Shown here: positions 29,130 to 39,265 of the stretch, piece by piece
Numbering within the stretch: position 1 is the first letter of the stretch
Layout of the letters: the number at the start of each line of letters is the position of its first letter
Origin: Syntrophales bacterium
Lineage (GTDB): Bacteria; Desulfobacterota; Syntrophia; Syntrophales; PHBD01
Length of the DNA: 64,000 nucleotides
Assembly (NCBI GenBank): GCA_963668175.1
Contig: OY764159.1
Coordinates: forward strand, 3,488,001 to 3,552,000
Direction: 5' to 3'
Program-made: the position numbers and the translations under genes
The notes under the pieces: generated by a model
The model's input: the letters and a program-made list of their open reading frames with translations, nothing else
Database searches by the model: none
Told to the model about the DNA's origin: nothing

Positions 29130-30038
29130 CTAAACGAACAACGGTCCCGCCAGGACGTAGAGTTCGCCGGCGCTCGGATAGGGCTTGGCGGTGTCCAGGC
29201 TCGCGATCTTCTCGAATTGATCGCGGATCTCCTCCGCACGGATGTCCCGCTTGGTATCGCCGATGCACACGCCCGGCCCGGAAACAAGGGCGGTCCTTGC
29301 GAACCAGCCTGCGCCCATGGTGAAGATCATGCCCGTCTCCTTATTCTCTTCGGAAGACAGGTAGGTCACGATAGGCACATTGTATATGGGTTTCAATTTC
29401 CGGGCGATTTCGTCGGGAACGAGCCCTTTGGTCATCCGGGAGTCGGCGTTTGGCGCCACCGTATTGATCATGATATTGAACTTGCCCAACTCAAGCTTGA
29501 GGACGTTCATGAAACCGACAAGCGCCATCTTGGCCGCACCATAATTCGACTGTCCGAAGTTTCCGTACAGACCGGACGTCGAAGCCGTGAAGATAATCCT
29601 GCCGTAACCGTTCGCCTTCATGACCTCGGCCGCGGGCTGCGTCACGCAGAAAGCGCCTTTGAGATGAACGGCGACGACCTGGTCCCAGTCCGCTTCCGTC
29701 ATTTTGAGGAAGGTCCGGTCTCTCAGGATACCGGCATTGTTGATCAGGATGTCCACCTTGCCGAAGCGATCGACGGCGGTTTTAACAATATTCCTGCCGC
29801 CCTCCACGGTGGAAACCGAATCGTAATTGGCAACCGCTTCGCCGCCAAGGGCCTTGATCTCATCCACCACGACGTCCGCGGCCCTGCTGCTGGAACCGGT
29901 CCCGTCCAGCGAACCGCCCAGATCGTTGACCACAACCATAGCTCCGCGATTCCCCAGATCGAGTGCATATTCCCTGCCGATACCGCCGCCGGCCCCGGTG
30001 ACGATGGCTACCCTTCCCTTGAAACTCAAATCCGACAT
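29130..30038 (-). CDS. SDR related to the (3R)-hydroxyacyl-CoA dehydrogenase domain of MFE-2/HSD17B4
   Basis: 'VTGAGGGIGREYA', 'VVVNDLGG', 'NNAGILRDRTF', 'GLYGNFGQSNYGAAKMAL'. Confidence 0.88.
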   Translation of the reverse strand: MSDLSFKGRVAIVTGAGGGIGREYALDLGNRGAMVVVNDLGGSLDGTGSSSRAADVVVDEIKALGGEAVANYDSVSTVEGGRNIVKTAVDRFGKVDILINNAGILRDRTFLKMTEADWDQVVAVHLKGAFCVTQPAAEVMKANGYGRIIFTASTSGLYGNFGQSNYGAAKMALVGFMNVLKLELGKFNIMINTVAPNADSRMTKGLVPDEIARKLKPIYNVPIVTYLSSEENKETGMIFTMGAGWFARTALVSGPGVCIGDTKRDIRAEEIRDQFEKIASLDTAKPYPSAGELYVLAGPLFV

Positions 30039-30092
30039 CTTCCGTTCTCCTTTATCGATAATTTCCATTTCTGTGAATTGCATCCGCAATCG

Positions 30093-30913
30093 TTAAGCCT
30101 TCGCTTCGGCAGCCCGTTTCGCCAGGCTCGTGAAGGCGAGCTCATACATCAATCCCTTGCCGATCGACTCGGCGGGCGCAAACCGCCGGATGAAATCGAT
30201 TTCCCTTTCCGTCGGGGGTTCGGTCTCGGTCAAATCGGGCGCGACATTCAGGTCCCACGGCACTTTCTTTTTGATCTCCCCGACCGTCACACCCGGATGC
30301 ACCCTGGCCAGATAAATCTCCTTCGTGACAGGATCGAACTCGAAGACGCCTTTCGTGCTGATCAGTTTCACCGGTCCGGAACCCTTCGGGAAATGGCCCG
30401 TCTTGTCCCGGCTGTCTCCACCTTCCAGATATCCCGGCGATGTCCTGTAAGACAGCGATTCGACAAATTCGCCGCCCCGCATCGTGAGGATCGTCTTCTT
30501 CGCATACGAGAGGAAATCGGCAGCGCCGCCCGATCCCGGCAACCTGGTTATGGGTTTGTCGTAATCGCCGATCACCGTCGTGTTCACGTTGCCGTAGCGG
30601 TCGACCTGGGCGACCCCCAGGAAGCACACATCCACAAAACCGCGGTACGTCATGGTGAACGTCGAAAAGAGGTCCGTCGCATAGGAAAAACCCCGGCAGG
30701 CCGTACAATCCGCTATGTTGTTCAGGGGCACGAGCGGTTTGAAATCGATAATGCCCGATTCCATCATGAGGACGGCATTCGGCGCGAACAGGCCTTGGCC
30801 AGGGCGCCGGACACCATCGGCAGGCCCACGCCCAGGACGACGTTCTCGAAGTCGTGTATCTCCCTGGCAACAGAGATAATCAGAAGTTCGTTGAGCGTAT
30901 ACGGTTTAGCCAT
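30093..30913 (-). pseudogene. Glutaconate-CoA-transferase-like beta subunit, split by a 1-bp frameshift (pseudogene or sequencing error)
   Basis: ATG 30913 reads MAKPYTLNELLIISVAREIHDFENVVLGVGLPMVSGALAKA; adding one base at 30791-30792 continues in frame into LFAPNAVLMMESG...'AQVDRYGNVNTT..RLPGSGGA'. Confidence 0.85.
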
Positions 30914-31943
30914 AAAGGATTCCTCTCTCTTTCATGAACTGCTCAAGTTCTTCGATCGTTACTCCCATCATCCGCTCGCGGTTCTCCTCGTTCCAGACCG
31001 ATACGAAGGCCGAACCGTAATTGGCGGGGGCCGAGTAGAACGGACGCGCTTTGAGGGAATTGAGCATGTCCATGCCCGCACACTCGATATAATGCTTCAT
31101 GTAATCGCCGTGATCGCGGCACCCGTAGATCCATTCGTCCATCCACGCCTTCATCCCGGCTTCCGTCTGCAGGGCCTGGTAGAAGACCACCAGGGCAAGC
31201 CAGTCGCTGTTGTAATAGCCGATGACGTCCGAAGGATGGGCACCCCACGGCATTTCCACCACGGCGTCGACCCGGTACGCGGGGATGATCGTCAGGTGCG
31301 GGCTCGATTGTATGACGTCGTGTTCCACGATCTCCTCACAGGAGACGATAATGCGCTTGCTCGCAAGCGCAGCCGCCTGTACGCTCCCCATGGCGCCCCA
31401 GTACTGGGCGTTGCCGAATCTGTCGGCGCGCTGCACATGCACGACGCAAACGTCGGGGTTCAGGGCCGGAACGAGTACCTTATCCTTCCCGGTGAAGGGA
31501 CAGGTAATGATTTTAAATTTGTCCTCACCCATGAACCCCCTCTTCCTGAAGATATCGGTATGCACGATGCCTTCGAATACGGGCATGAAGCTGAACCCGT
31601 GCATGCCGGCGACCAGCCTCGCATTGTAGTGGTAATTCGTGTAATCCTCCAACTGGAGCCGCCCCTGCTTCCAGGCGCGCGTAACGGCGGACCCGCCTTC
31701 GGTGCCGCCGGCATTGAGTACGAACGTTGTGATCAAACGGTCCGCACAGCCTCCATCCACCAGTATTTCGTCGATGAGATGGCCCGATTGCGAACAGTGC
31801 GTAAGCCCTCTTTTTTTCTGTCTGACGATTTCGAAAACAAGGCCGCACGCCATGCTCACCGTATAATTCCCTATAATCAGCACGTCGCCGTCATGAACGA
31901 ACGACGCGACGGCCTCTTTTGCCGTCATGATTTTGTTGTTCAC
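30906..31943 (-). CDS. Glutaconate-CoA-transferase-like alpha subunit
   Basis: 'KIMTAKEAVASFVHDGD', 'CPFTG', 'VPALNPDVCVVHVQRADRFGNA', 'EEIV', 'PWGAHP'; GTG start after AGGAG. Confidence 0.9.
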   Translation of the reverse strand: MNNKIMTAKEAVASFVHDGDVLIIGNYTVSMACGLVFEIVRQKKRGLTHCSQSGHLIDEILVDGGCADRLITTFVLNAGGTEGGSAVTRAWKQGRLQLEDYTNYHYNARLVAGMHGFSFMPVFEGIVHTDIFRKRGFMGEDKFKIITCPFTGKDKVLVPALNPDVCVVHVQRADRFGNAQYWGAMGSVQAAALASKRIIVSCEEIVEHDVIQSSPHLTIIPAYRVDAVVEMPWGAHPSDVIGYYNSDWLALVVFYQALQTEAGMKAWMDEWIYGCRDHGDYMKHYIECAGMDMLNSLKARPFYSAPANYGSAFVSVWNEENRERMMGVTIEELEQFMKERGILYG

Positions 31944-32075
31944 GTCAGTTGCGTTTCTCCTTCTCGCATTATTTTTGAAGATGTGCGTCCCCGCAGCATC
32001 TGCTCCGGGTTACGTTGTAGCCGCAATCGCCGCAGGACCGGCCGTTTGCGGCGAAGCGCCACCGGCAACCCCTTC

Positions 32076-32804
32076 CTAACAGGCGGCCGAGAACAGCAGA
32101 TACTTCTTCCGCGCCTCGTCGTCCTCCTGCAATTCGTCGATCGTGCCGCTGTATCCGATAAAACCCTTACCCATCAGATAAACGCGGGTCGCAAGCGACA
32201 GGGCCACATTCAGATTATGCTCCACCAGAAGGATCGAAACGCCCGCCTTGTTGATTTCGGCCAGCACGTTTCTGACCTCTTCGACCATGAGCGGCGCCAG
32301 GCCTTCCGTGGGCTCGTCGACGAGAAGCAGCTTCGGATTGCCCATCAGGGCTCGCCCGATGGACAGCATCTGCTGCTCGCCGCCGGACAGATATCTTCCC
32401 TGCTGGTGGATCCTGTCCCGCAACTTGGGGAAGTGGTGAAAGATTCTCTCGACCGTCCAGCCGTCTCCTCCGGCCGCAGCCTGAACCTTTCCCTTCTTGA
32501 TCCCCAGGAGCAGGTTGTCCAGTACGGACAGTTCCGGGAAGATCCTTCTTTCCTCCGGCACATAGCCGATTCCTGCCCGGGCCACCTTGTGACAGGCCGA
32601 GCCGGCGTATTCCTTGCCTTCGTATACGACAGAGCCGGTCTTCGGCTTCACCAGCCCGATGATGCTTTTCAGGGCCGTACTCTTTCCCATGCCGTTCCTG
32701 CCCAGCAGGCCGACAATTTCGCCGGCGGCAATATGGAGAGAAATGCCCTGCAAGATATGGCTTGCACCGTAGTACGTATTCAGTTCGCTGACTTTTAACA
32801 GCAT
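32076..32804 (-). CDS. HAAT/Liv-type ABC transporter ATP-binding protein (LivF-like)
   Basis: 'GRNGMGKST', 'LSGGEQQML', 'VDEPTEGLAP'. Confidence 0.93.
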   Translation of the reverse strand: MLLKVSELNTYYGASHILQGISLHIAAGEIVGLLGRNGMGKSTALKSIIGLVKPKTGSVVYEGKEYAGSACHKVARAGIGYVPEERRIFPELSVLDNLLLGIKKGKVQAAAGGDGWTVERIFHHFPKLRDRIHQQGRYLSGGEQQMLSIGRALMGNPKLLLVDEPTEGLAPLMVEEVRNVLAEINKAGVSILLVEHNLNVALSLATRVYLMGKGFIGYSGTIDELQEDDEARKKYLLFSAAC

Positions 32805-32862
32805 GCGTTCATCCTATATAATCTGTCGTTGTTCTGTTAGGCACGTTCGCCGGTGCCGTTCC

Positions 32863-33627
32863 CTATCCTTCGCATATCGCCCTGCAATCCAGGTTCCCGA
32901 GATAGGCATCCTTCACCTCCTGATTGGAACAGATCGCATCGGGCGTTCCCGTCGCCAGAACGCGGCCGTAATGAAGCACGGTGATCCGGTCGGCCAGCGA
33001 AAAGACGACGTCCATGTCGTGTTCGATAATGACGACCGTTTTGCCTTCCGTTAACTTCTTGATGAGCTCGATGGTATACTTGCTCTCATCGTACGACATG
33101 CCGGCCGCAAACTCGTCGAGAAGCACCAGTTCCGGATTGATTGCGAGCGCCATGCCGATCTCAAGGGCGCGGTTCTTGCCGTAGGAAAGCTTGCTGGCCG
33201 GGATGTTGCGTTCCTCGACCAGGTTGATCCGTTCGAGCATATCTTCGGTCTCCCTCGTGATCTCGGACATCCTGTCGATCCGGCGCCAGAGATTGAACCG
33301 GATGTTTCTTTTGGCGAGAACCGCAAGGCGAATATTCTGGAACGCCGTCATCCAGGGGAAGGTGCTCGTGATCTGAAAGGAACGTCCGATGCCGATTCTC
33401 GCCAGCCGGTCCGGAGACAATCCGGTCACATCCCGTCCCTTGAACAGAATCCTCCCTTTGCTCGGGTTGTACATACCTGTGATCACGTTGAAAAGGGTCG
33501 TCTTTCCGGCTCCGTTCGGCCCGATGATGGCGTGGCGCTCTCCCTCCCTGATCAGCAGGTTGACGCCCATAAGGACTTTCAATCCGCTGAAATCGTGATG
33601 CAGGTCTTCGATCACCAGGATACTCAT
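32863..33627 (-). CDS. HAAT/Liv-type ABC transporter ATP-binding protein (LivG-like)
   Basis: 'GPNGAGKTT', 'GRSFQ', 'LSYG', 'IEHDMDVVF', 'VKDAYLG'. Confidence 0.93.
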   Translation of the reverse strand: MSILVIEDLHHDFSGLKVLMGVNLLIREGERHAIIGPNGAGKTTLFNVITGMYNPSKGRILFKGRDVTGLSPDRLARIGIGRSFQITSTFPWMTAFQNIRLAVLAKRNIRFNLWRRIDRMSEITRETEDMLERINLVEERNIPASKLSYGKNRALEIGMALAINPELVLLDEFAAGMSYDESKYTIELIKKLTEGKTVVIIEHDMDVVFSLADRITVLHYGRVLATGTPDAICSNQEVKDAYLGNLDCRAICEG

Positions 33628-33638
33628 GTATTCTTCTC

Positions 33639-34637
33639 CTAATCCACTTTCGCAGTCGATGCGACTTTTCCCTTCATCGTCATCTTTGTTTTCATTTTGG
33701 ACATTCCCTTTTTTATGAGACCGATAATGCCCGTAGGGGCAAACAGCATCACGATCACAAGGATCGTGCCCGTCAGCAGTTCGATCTTGTCCGTATAACG
33801 GCTGGCCATTTCTTCGATAACCTGGAAGAAAGCCGTCCCCAGCACCGGTCCGAAGAAATTCGAGGCGCCGCCCACTACCGTGCTGACGATGGGTATGTAA
33901 AACACCAGCAGAGAGCCTTCCGGAGAAGCCAGATTATTGAACAGGGTGTATATCGAACCGGCCACACCCGCGAAGGCGGCCGAAGCGATATAGATGACGG
34001 CCTTGGCATGGCTCACCTTGAAGCCCAGATAGGTGATCCTTCGTTCGTTGTCGCGGATGCCTATCTGAACCTGCCCGAAAGGCGTCTTCGTGAAAAACCA
34101 CATGAGCCACACGCAGATTCCCAAAACGATAACGGCAAAATAATAGAAATGATCGTATGCCCCCTGGATGGAAATCGGATTCAGGCCGGGTATTTCAAGG
34201 GCCGGAATGCGGAAATTGCCGATACCGTCTTCGCCCCCTGTTATCTCCTTCAGCCTGTATGCGAGAACGACCATGAACAGATTGAAAGCGAGGTGCCACA
34301 TGGCGAACGAATGCGTCAGCCGGACGGCCAGGGGGCAAAGAATGGCCGCCACGACGACGGCTGCAAGCACGCCGATAGCCAAGGCCGGAAAAAGCGACAA
34401 TCCGTCAATATGCTTCAATGCCAGGGCGATGCCGTAACTCCCGGCGCCGAAGAAAATGGCATGTCCGAAATTCAGGATGCCGGTATATCCCAGAAGCATG
34501 TTGAATGAGACGGAAAAGACGGAAAAGACGGCAAACGTGACGAGCAGGTTGGTATAGTAAGGTCCGACCTTGGGGATCAAAGCCAGCATTATGATCAAAA
34601 CCGGCCACAGGGCCATGTGATATGTTTTTATTTTCAT
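33639..34637 (-). CDS. HAAT/Liv-type ABC permease (LivM-like)
   Basis: 'LLGYTG..FGHAIFFGAGSY', 'TGGEDG', 'GIRDNERR', 'VGG..FFGPVLG'; ATGA-coupled to the LivH-like gene. Confidence 0.92.
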   Translation of the reverse strand: MKIKTYHMALWPVLIIMLALIPKVGPYYTNLLVTFAVFSVFSVSFNMLLGYTGILNFGHAIFFGAGSYGIALALKHIDGLSLFPALAIGVLAAVVVAAILCPLAVRLTHSFAMWHLAFNLFMVVLAYRLKEITGGEDGIGNFRIPALEIPGLNPISIQGAYDHFYYFAVIVLGICVWLMWFFTKTPFGQVQIGIRDNERRITYLGFKVSHAKAVIYIASAAFAGVAGSIYTLFNNLASPEGSLLVFYIPIVSTVVGGASNFFGPVLGTAFFQVIEEMASRYTDKIELLTGTILVIVMLFAPTGIIGLIKKGMSKMKTKMTMKGKVASTAKVD

Positions 34638-35506
34638 TCTTTCGCTCCAAACAAGCCTTGAGGACGGATAGACAGGACGACGACCATGAATCCCATCATG
34701 AGGACGGGAGCCAATGAGGAGAGGAACTGAATACCGAAGGCGCTCAACATACCGCATATCAGGGATACGATCAGGGCCCCCAGGAGACTGCCGAAACCTC
34801 CCGTGATCACGACGATGAAGGCGTCGAATCCTATCTGGTCGGCCAATCCCGGATAGACGGTCAGGATGGGAGCGATGACGACACCGGCAATACCGGCGAG
34901 CCAGATGCCGAAGCCGAAAACCGACATGTACACGAAGGAAACGTTGATCCCGAGCGCACTGACCATCCCGCTGTCGGAAACCGCGGCGCGAACGATCTTG
35001 CCCAGACGGGTTTTATAAAGAAGCATGGTCATCATTACGATGACCACCAGGCCGAGAGCGATTACAAAAAGCCTGTATTTGGGATAATCGAGGCCCGCTA
35101 CGGACACCATGCCTTCAAGAACGGACGGTTCCGGGACGGGGAGAAACTCCGTCCCCCATGCGGATTTGACGATGCCCGTAATCATGATCGATATCCCCAG
35201 CGTGAAGATCATTTCGCCGAGATAACCGAAGGCATGCACCCGTCTCAGTAAAAACCTTTCCATGAGTATCCCCAGAAAGGCCGTGGCCAGCGGCGCAAGA
35301 AGCAGCGCCATCCAAAAGCTCCCCGTCATACCCGAGATCTGGTAGCAGAAGTAGGCCGCCAGCATGAAAAAAGCGGCATGGGCCAGGTTCAGTATACCCA
35401 TCATCCCGTACACGACCGTCAAACCGGAAGCGATGAGAAACAGGATCATGCCATAGGCAAGCCCGTGGATTGCCTGCGCCACATACATAGAAATTATTGG
35501 ATCCAT
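34634..35506 (-). CDS. HAAT/Liv-type ABC permease (LivH-like)
   Basis: 'ASGLTVVYGMMGILNLAHA', 'TRLGKIVRAAV', 'GGFGSLLG', 'RPQGLFG'. Confidence 0.93.
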   Translation of the reverse strand: MDPIISMYVAQAIHGLAYGMILFLIASGLTVVYGMMGILNLAHAAFFMLAAYFCYQISGMTGSFWMALLLAPLATAFLGILMERFLLRRVHAFGYLGEMIFTLGISIMITGIVKSAWGTEFLPVPEPSVLEGMVSVAGLDYPKYRLFVIALGLVVIVMMTMLLYKTRLGKIVRAAVSDSGMVSALGINVSFVYMSVFGFGIWLAGIAGVVIAPILTVYPGLADQIGFDAFIVVITGGFGSLLGALIVSLICGMLSAFGIQFLSSLAPVLMMGFMVVVLSIRPQGLFGAKE

Positions 35507-35587
35507 CCGTTCATCCTCTGCGAGTTGGCGACCGGAACGCGCTTTGTGCCTCTCGTAAGCATGTTCCGGCCGCGCTGTGTTGTTGGT

Positions 35588-37072
35588 TCAATCCCCCCAA
35601 TTGTTCTTACCCCGGCATCGATCGAGCTTCTGATCCATCCAAGGCAAGACCTTGGCGGCCGGTATCCTGTACGACGGTCCGGCCGCACAGGCATTCTTCC
35701 ACCAGTAGTGAGGCGGAATATTGAAGGACACCTTCTGCATGTCCGGCGGAACGTATTCGGATATGCCGAGATCCTGAATAACCTTATGATCGCACGCCCT
35801 CATCTTGACGATTTTACCGTTGTTGAACTGATAAACGTCGCCCTCCCAGACCTTGATGATCTTCTCGGGATCGGTGCTCTTCGCCCTTTCTATGACGCTG
35901 AACAGCCAGAAGGTCTGTTCGATCCACGCCCCGAAGTTACCCAGGGGGTACTGATAGAGCAGCGTGTTGTACGGCGCCTTCCATTTCGTTTTCCACAAAT
36001 TGTTCCATGTTTTGAGATATCGCGACCATTCCGGGTCGTTGGCCGGGAATGTGGGGTGTTCTCCGCGAATGTTGGTCTCTCCCCCGTATTGGGTGATATT
36101 GACCAGATTCTTCGTCCCTTCGATGCCGATTTCATTCAACGTATTGGGCTCGTCGAGGAACAGATTGGCCATGGGAGTCATAATTCCCATTTTTCTCGCC
36201 TGCTTAAGCAGGTTGGAGCCGTCGGGAATCCAGTCGCCGGTATAGACAACCTCGGCGCCGGATGCCTTGATCTTCTCAAGATAGGGTGCGAAATCGGTGA
36301 GAATGAGTTTATGGTAATCCTCGCCGACGATCTGCGCCTGGGGATAGTACTCCTTCAAGCCCTGCTTGAATCCGTCCGCGAGTATGTGGCCGAACGAGTA
36401 ATCCTGACAGAGGATGTAGAATTTCTTTTCTTTTTTCCTGATCTGTCCGTAATAGTAGGCCATCCCCCTCCCGATCTGCCCGGTGGACCAGCCCGTCATG
36501 AACGAATAGCGGGAGAAGTTCGTGGCGTCCTGGAGTTCGTCGGACATGCCGGCGGCGCTCATGGAAATGATCTTGTACTTGGCCGCCGTGTCGTTGATGA
36601 TTTTCATAAGCTGGCTTCCACTCGTTCCCCAATAGACATGGATCTTGTTCTGCAAGGCCATTCTCTCGGCGATCTTTTTGGTCTGGTCCGTTTTTTCCAT
36701 CGTGTCGGCCTTGATGACTTCGACCAGCTTCTTCTTCCCATCCACCCAGATGCCTCCGCTTTTGTTGATCATATGCGCCGACCACTGGACACACAGGAAA
36801 TGGAGTTGTCCATTGATGGCGGACGGACCGGAAAACGGCGATATAACGGCTATCTTGATCGTATCTCCCGTCGGTATGATGGGATTGGCGGGATCGAAGT
36901 CGGACATGTCGACATTCAGGAGTTTTCTGTCAAAAGCGGCATTGAATTTGATTTTCTGATCCGGCTTCTTCTCCTTTTTAGCAGCAAGAGCGGGAGACAT
37001 GGCACAGGGAAGCAGAGACAGGCAAAAAACCATCAGAAGAAGAATCGGAGCAAGCTTACCGACCTGTTTCAT
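35588..37072 (-). CDS. HAAT/Liv-type ABC substrate-binding protein
   Basis: Signal peptide; 'IKIAVISPFSG', 'QDYSFGH', 'TDFAPYLEKIKASGA', 'MRACDH'. Confidence 0.9.
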   Translation of the reverse strand: MKQVGKLAPILLLMVFCLSLLPCAMSPALAAKKEKKPDQKIKFNAAFDRKLLNVDMSDFDPANPIIPTGDTIKIAVISPFSGPSAINGQLHFLCVQWSAHMINKSGGIWVDGKKKLVEVIKADTMEKTDQTKKIAERMALQNKIHVYWGTSGSQLMKIINDTAAKYKIISMSAAGMSDELQDATNFSRYSFMTGWSTGQIGRGMAYYYGQIRKKEKKFYILCQDYSFGHILADGFKQGLKEYYPQAQIVGEDYHKLILTDFAPYLEKIKASGAEVVYTGDWIPDGSNLLKQARKMGIMTPMANLFLDEPNTLNEIGIEGTKNLVNITQYGGETNIRGEHPTFPANDPEWSRYLKTWNNLWKTKWKAPYNTLLYQYPLGNFGAWIEQTFWLFSVIERAKSTDPEKIIKVWEGDVYQFNNGKIVKMRACDHKVIQDLGISEYVPPDMQKVSFNIPPHYWWKNACAAGPSYRIPAAKVLPWMDQKLDRCRGKNNWGD

Positions 37073-37121
37073 TTACACCTCCTTGAATATTTTAAAACAG
37101 TTCAAACTTCAAACCAATCGA

Positions 37122-37622
37122 TTATTTAACGAACTTAATGGACTTGACGATTTTAGAGAAGTCGTCGTACTTGTAAGGATAACCGACGGGTACCGTATTG
37201 ACCATAACAATGTACCACTTGCCGTTTTTCTCGACACCGAGGGCGACGCCGGCGGCGGCATAGCCGGAGTTGGGCTCGATGAATTCGGTCTCGGTTATGT
37301 ACGCCTTGCTTCCGTCGGCAGTGACGGTCTCCTTGGGGGAATCGGCTTTGAATTCTTTCGCGCTCTCCTTATTGGCCTCGTTCAGGACGTCCAGAAATTT
37401 CGCTCCCGGCGCGTCGAAGGCGATGACGAGCTGCCACGGACATCCGCTGGGTTTCTGGGCCTGAAAAAGGACGGCCGGCGACGCCCCCTTCAACACTTTC
37501 CAGTCCGAGGGATACTGGATGGAGAATTCCTTCGACGTAAACTCCGCCGCCGACAAAGGCATAGCGAATGCGACTAAAAACAAGGTAACCATGATCAATA
37601 GGGATAAAGTTCTTTTAAACAT
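37122..37622 (-). CDS. Exported hypothetical protein (PsbP/DcrB-like N-terminal motif)
   Basis: Signal peptide; 'FSIQYPSDW' and C-terminal 'FSKIVKSIKF' resemble PsbP-like folds; GGAGGT RBS. Confidence 0.7.
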   Translation of the reverse strand: MFKRTLSLLIMVTLFLVAFAMPLSAAEFTSKEFSIQYPSDWKVLKGASPAVLFQAQKPSGCPWQLVIAFDAPGAKFLDVLNEANKESAKEFKADSPKETVTADGSKAYITETEFIEPNSGYAAAGVALGVEKNGKWYIVMVNTVPVGYPYKYDDFSKIVKSIKFVK

Positions 37623-37800
37623 TGTACACCTCCATATGCTCTTGCGTTTATAGAATTTAACACAACCATGACAAGATTCCCTAGCTTTACGACTTCAAAA
37701 TAACGACTTCAGACCACCTCCCCTCTCTCGCGGCCCCTGCCTGAAGACCGGGACCGCCTCACGGCCGGGCAACCGCACACCTGCCCCCCCTAAAAACCCG

Positions 37801-38673
37801 CTACCTTTGAAATATCTCATACGTGGAAATCGTTTCCAGGTAATGGTCGGGATTGTTCCGAACCAGCATGTCCAGTTCCCTGGCATCTTCTCCAACGAGT
37901 ATCCTCAGGCTCTTAGCCTTGATGCCTTCGACGATGATCGCCGCGGCCGCCTCCGGAGACAGAATTTCCCCGCTCTCATAGTACTGCTGAAAGTATTGGC
38001 TTTCGCGTTCGGCCGTCTCGATCTTTTCCGCCAGGGCGGCCTCGTCCAGACCGAACTTCCCGCTGAACAACTTCATATGCCCCAGGCTGTTGTTAACGAC
38101 GTTGGTCCTGACGGCACCGGGGAAGACGCAGGATACTCCGATATTTGAATGAATCAGTTCGGCGGCCAGCGTTTCCGTGAACGCCCGTACGGCCGCCTTG
38201 CTCGCGTTATAGGCCGACGATTTGGGAAAGGCGGCAATCGCATAGATACTCGATACATTGGCGATGTGCGCCTCCGGCCTCTTTCGGAGGGCGGGAAGAA
38301 ACGCCTTACAGCCGTAAACCACCCCCCAGAAATTGATATTCATGAGGGATTCAAAATAATCGTAAGGGATCTCTTCGATCGGACACCGGGTCGATATACC
38401 CGCGTTATTGATCACGATATCGACCTGGCCGTGCTCTTTTTCCACAAGTTCGGCAAAGGCGTAAACGTCGTCGCGTACACTCACATCCAGCCGATGAGAC
38501 GTGATTTTCCGGTCCGCCCGGCCGGCAAGGGACGCCGTTTCGTCGAGCATGTCCTTATCGCGGTCGGCGATGGCCAGATGACAGCCCAGCCCCGCCAGAT
38601 ACACGGCCATAGCCCGGCCCATGCCCGAGGCAGCGCCCGTGACTACTGCTACCTTTTGATCAAAATCTTTCAT
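37801..38673 (-). CDS. Short-chain dehydrogenase/reductase
   Basis: 'VTGAASGMG', 'NNAGI', 'INFWGVVYGCKAFLP', 'YNASK'. Confidence 0.92.
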   Translation of the reverse strand: MKDFDQKVAVVTGAASGMGRAMAVYLAGLGCHLAIADRDKDMLDETASLAGRADRKITSHRLDVSVRDDVYAFAELVEKEHGQVDIVINNAGISTRCPIEEIPYDYFESLMNINFWGVVYGCKAFLPALRKRPEAHIANVSSIYAIAAFPKSSAYNASKAAVRAFTETLAAELIHSNIGVSCVFPGAVRTNVVNNSLGHMKLFSGKFGLDEAALAEKIETAERESQYFQQYYESGEILSPEAAAAIIVEGIKAKSLRILVGEDARELDMLVRNNPDHYLETISTYEIFQR

Positions 38674-38681
38674 ACAGCCTG

Positions 38682-39251
38682 CTACTCCTTATTCTCCAAG
38701 AAGCCTTGGATGATTTTACGGGTTCCTTCCGTCATGAGTTCGACGACCCTTTGGTCGCTGAATCGCTGTGTCTGCATCCAGTTCTTAAGCGACGCCACAC
38801 CATGCACGAAAATCCAGAGCAGGAAATTGAGCCTGCGCAGCTGCTCCTTCGTCAAGCCTTTCACCAACGGATCGCGCGATAGTTCCTCGCTGTGCTGGTC
38901 GAACGTCGCATCCCCGTATTTCGCCTGCCAGGCGCTGTGGCTCTCATCGTTGATCGCGTGAAATAAATGCGACTCCTCGCGGGCAAACATGATGTAGCCG
39001 ATGCTCCGGTCCAGAGACCTGTTCCCCGTATAGGGCTTCGACTGGTATTCCTTGAGCAGCGCCATAGCCTTCCTGACAATCTCTTCTTCCAAATCGACCA
39101 TCGACTTAAACTGGTGATAAATCGGCATCGTGGACAGATTGAGTTCTTTGGCAATGGACCGAGCCGACAGTTTCGCCCAACCGTATCTGCGCACGACGTT
39201 GAACGCCGCTTCGATGATTTCCTGTTGAGATACTTTCAGGCTTGCCGGCAT
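38682..39251 (-). CDS. TetR/AcrR family regulator (copy 2)
   Basis: About 85% identical to 25487..26095 by manual alignment (27 differences in about 185 aa), identical HTH. Confidence 0.92.
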   Translation of the reverse strand: MPASLKVSQQEIIEAAFNVVRRYGWAKLSARSIAKELNLSTMPIYHQFKSMVDLEEEIVRKAMALLKEYQSKPYTGNRSLDRSIGYIMFAREESHLFHAINDESHSAWQAKYGDATFDQHSEELSRDPLVKGLTKEQLRRLNFLLWIFVHGVASLKNWMQTQRFSDQRVVELMTEGTRKIIQGFLENKE

Positions 39252-39265
39252 TGGCGACCCATTCG

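Noticed and set aside
30093..31943. IpdAB (steroid C/D-ring hydrolase) interpretation of the two-subunit CoA-transferase
   Set aside because: The beta subunit keeps the GctB-type Glu (MMESG) and no steroid ring-degradation gene set is adjacent.
29043..32798. 1251-aa ORF on the + strand
   Set aside because: Antisense shadow of the SDR, CoA-transferase and LivF genes in GC-rich DNA; no domain motifs, and its continuity partly depends on the frameshift site.
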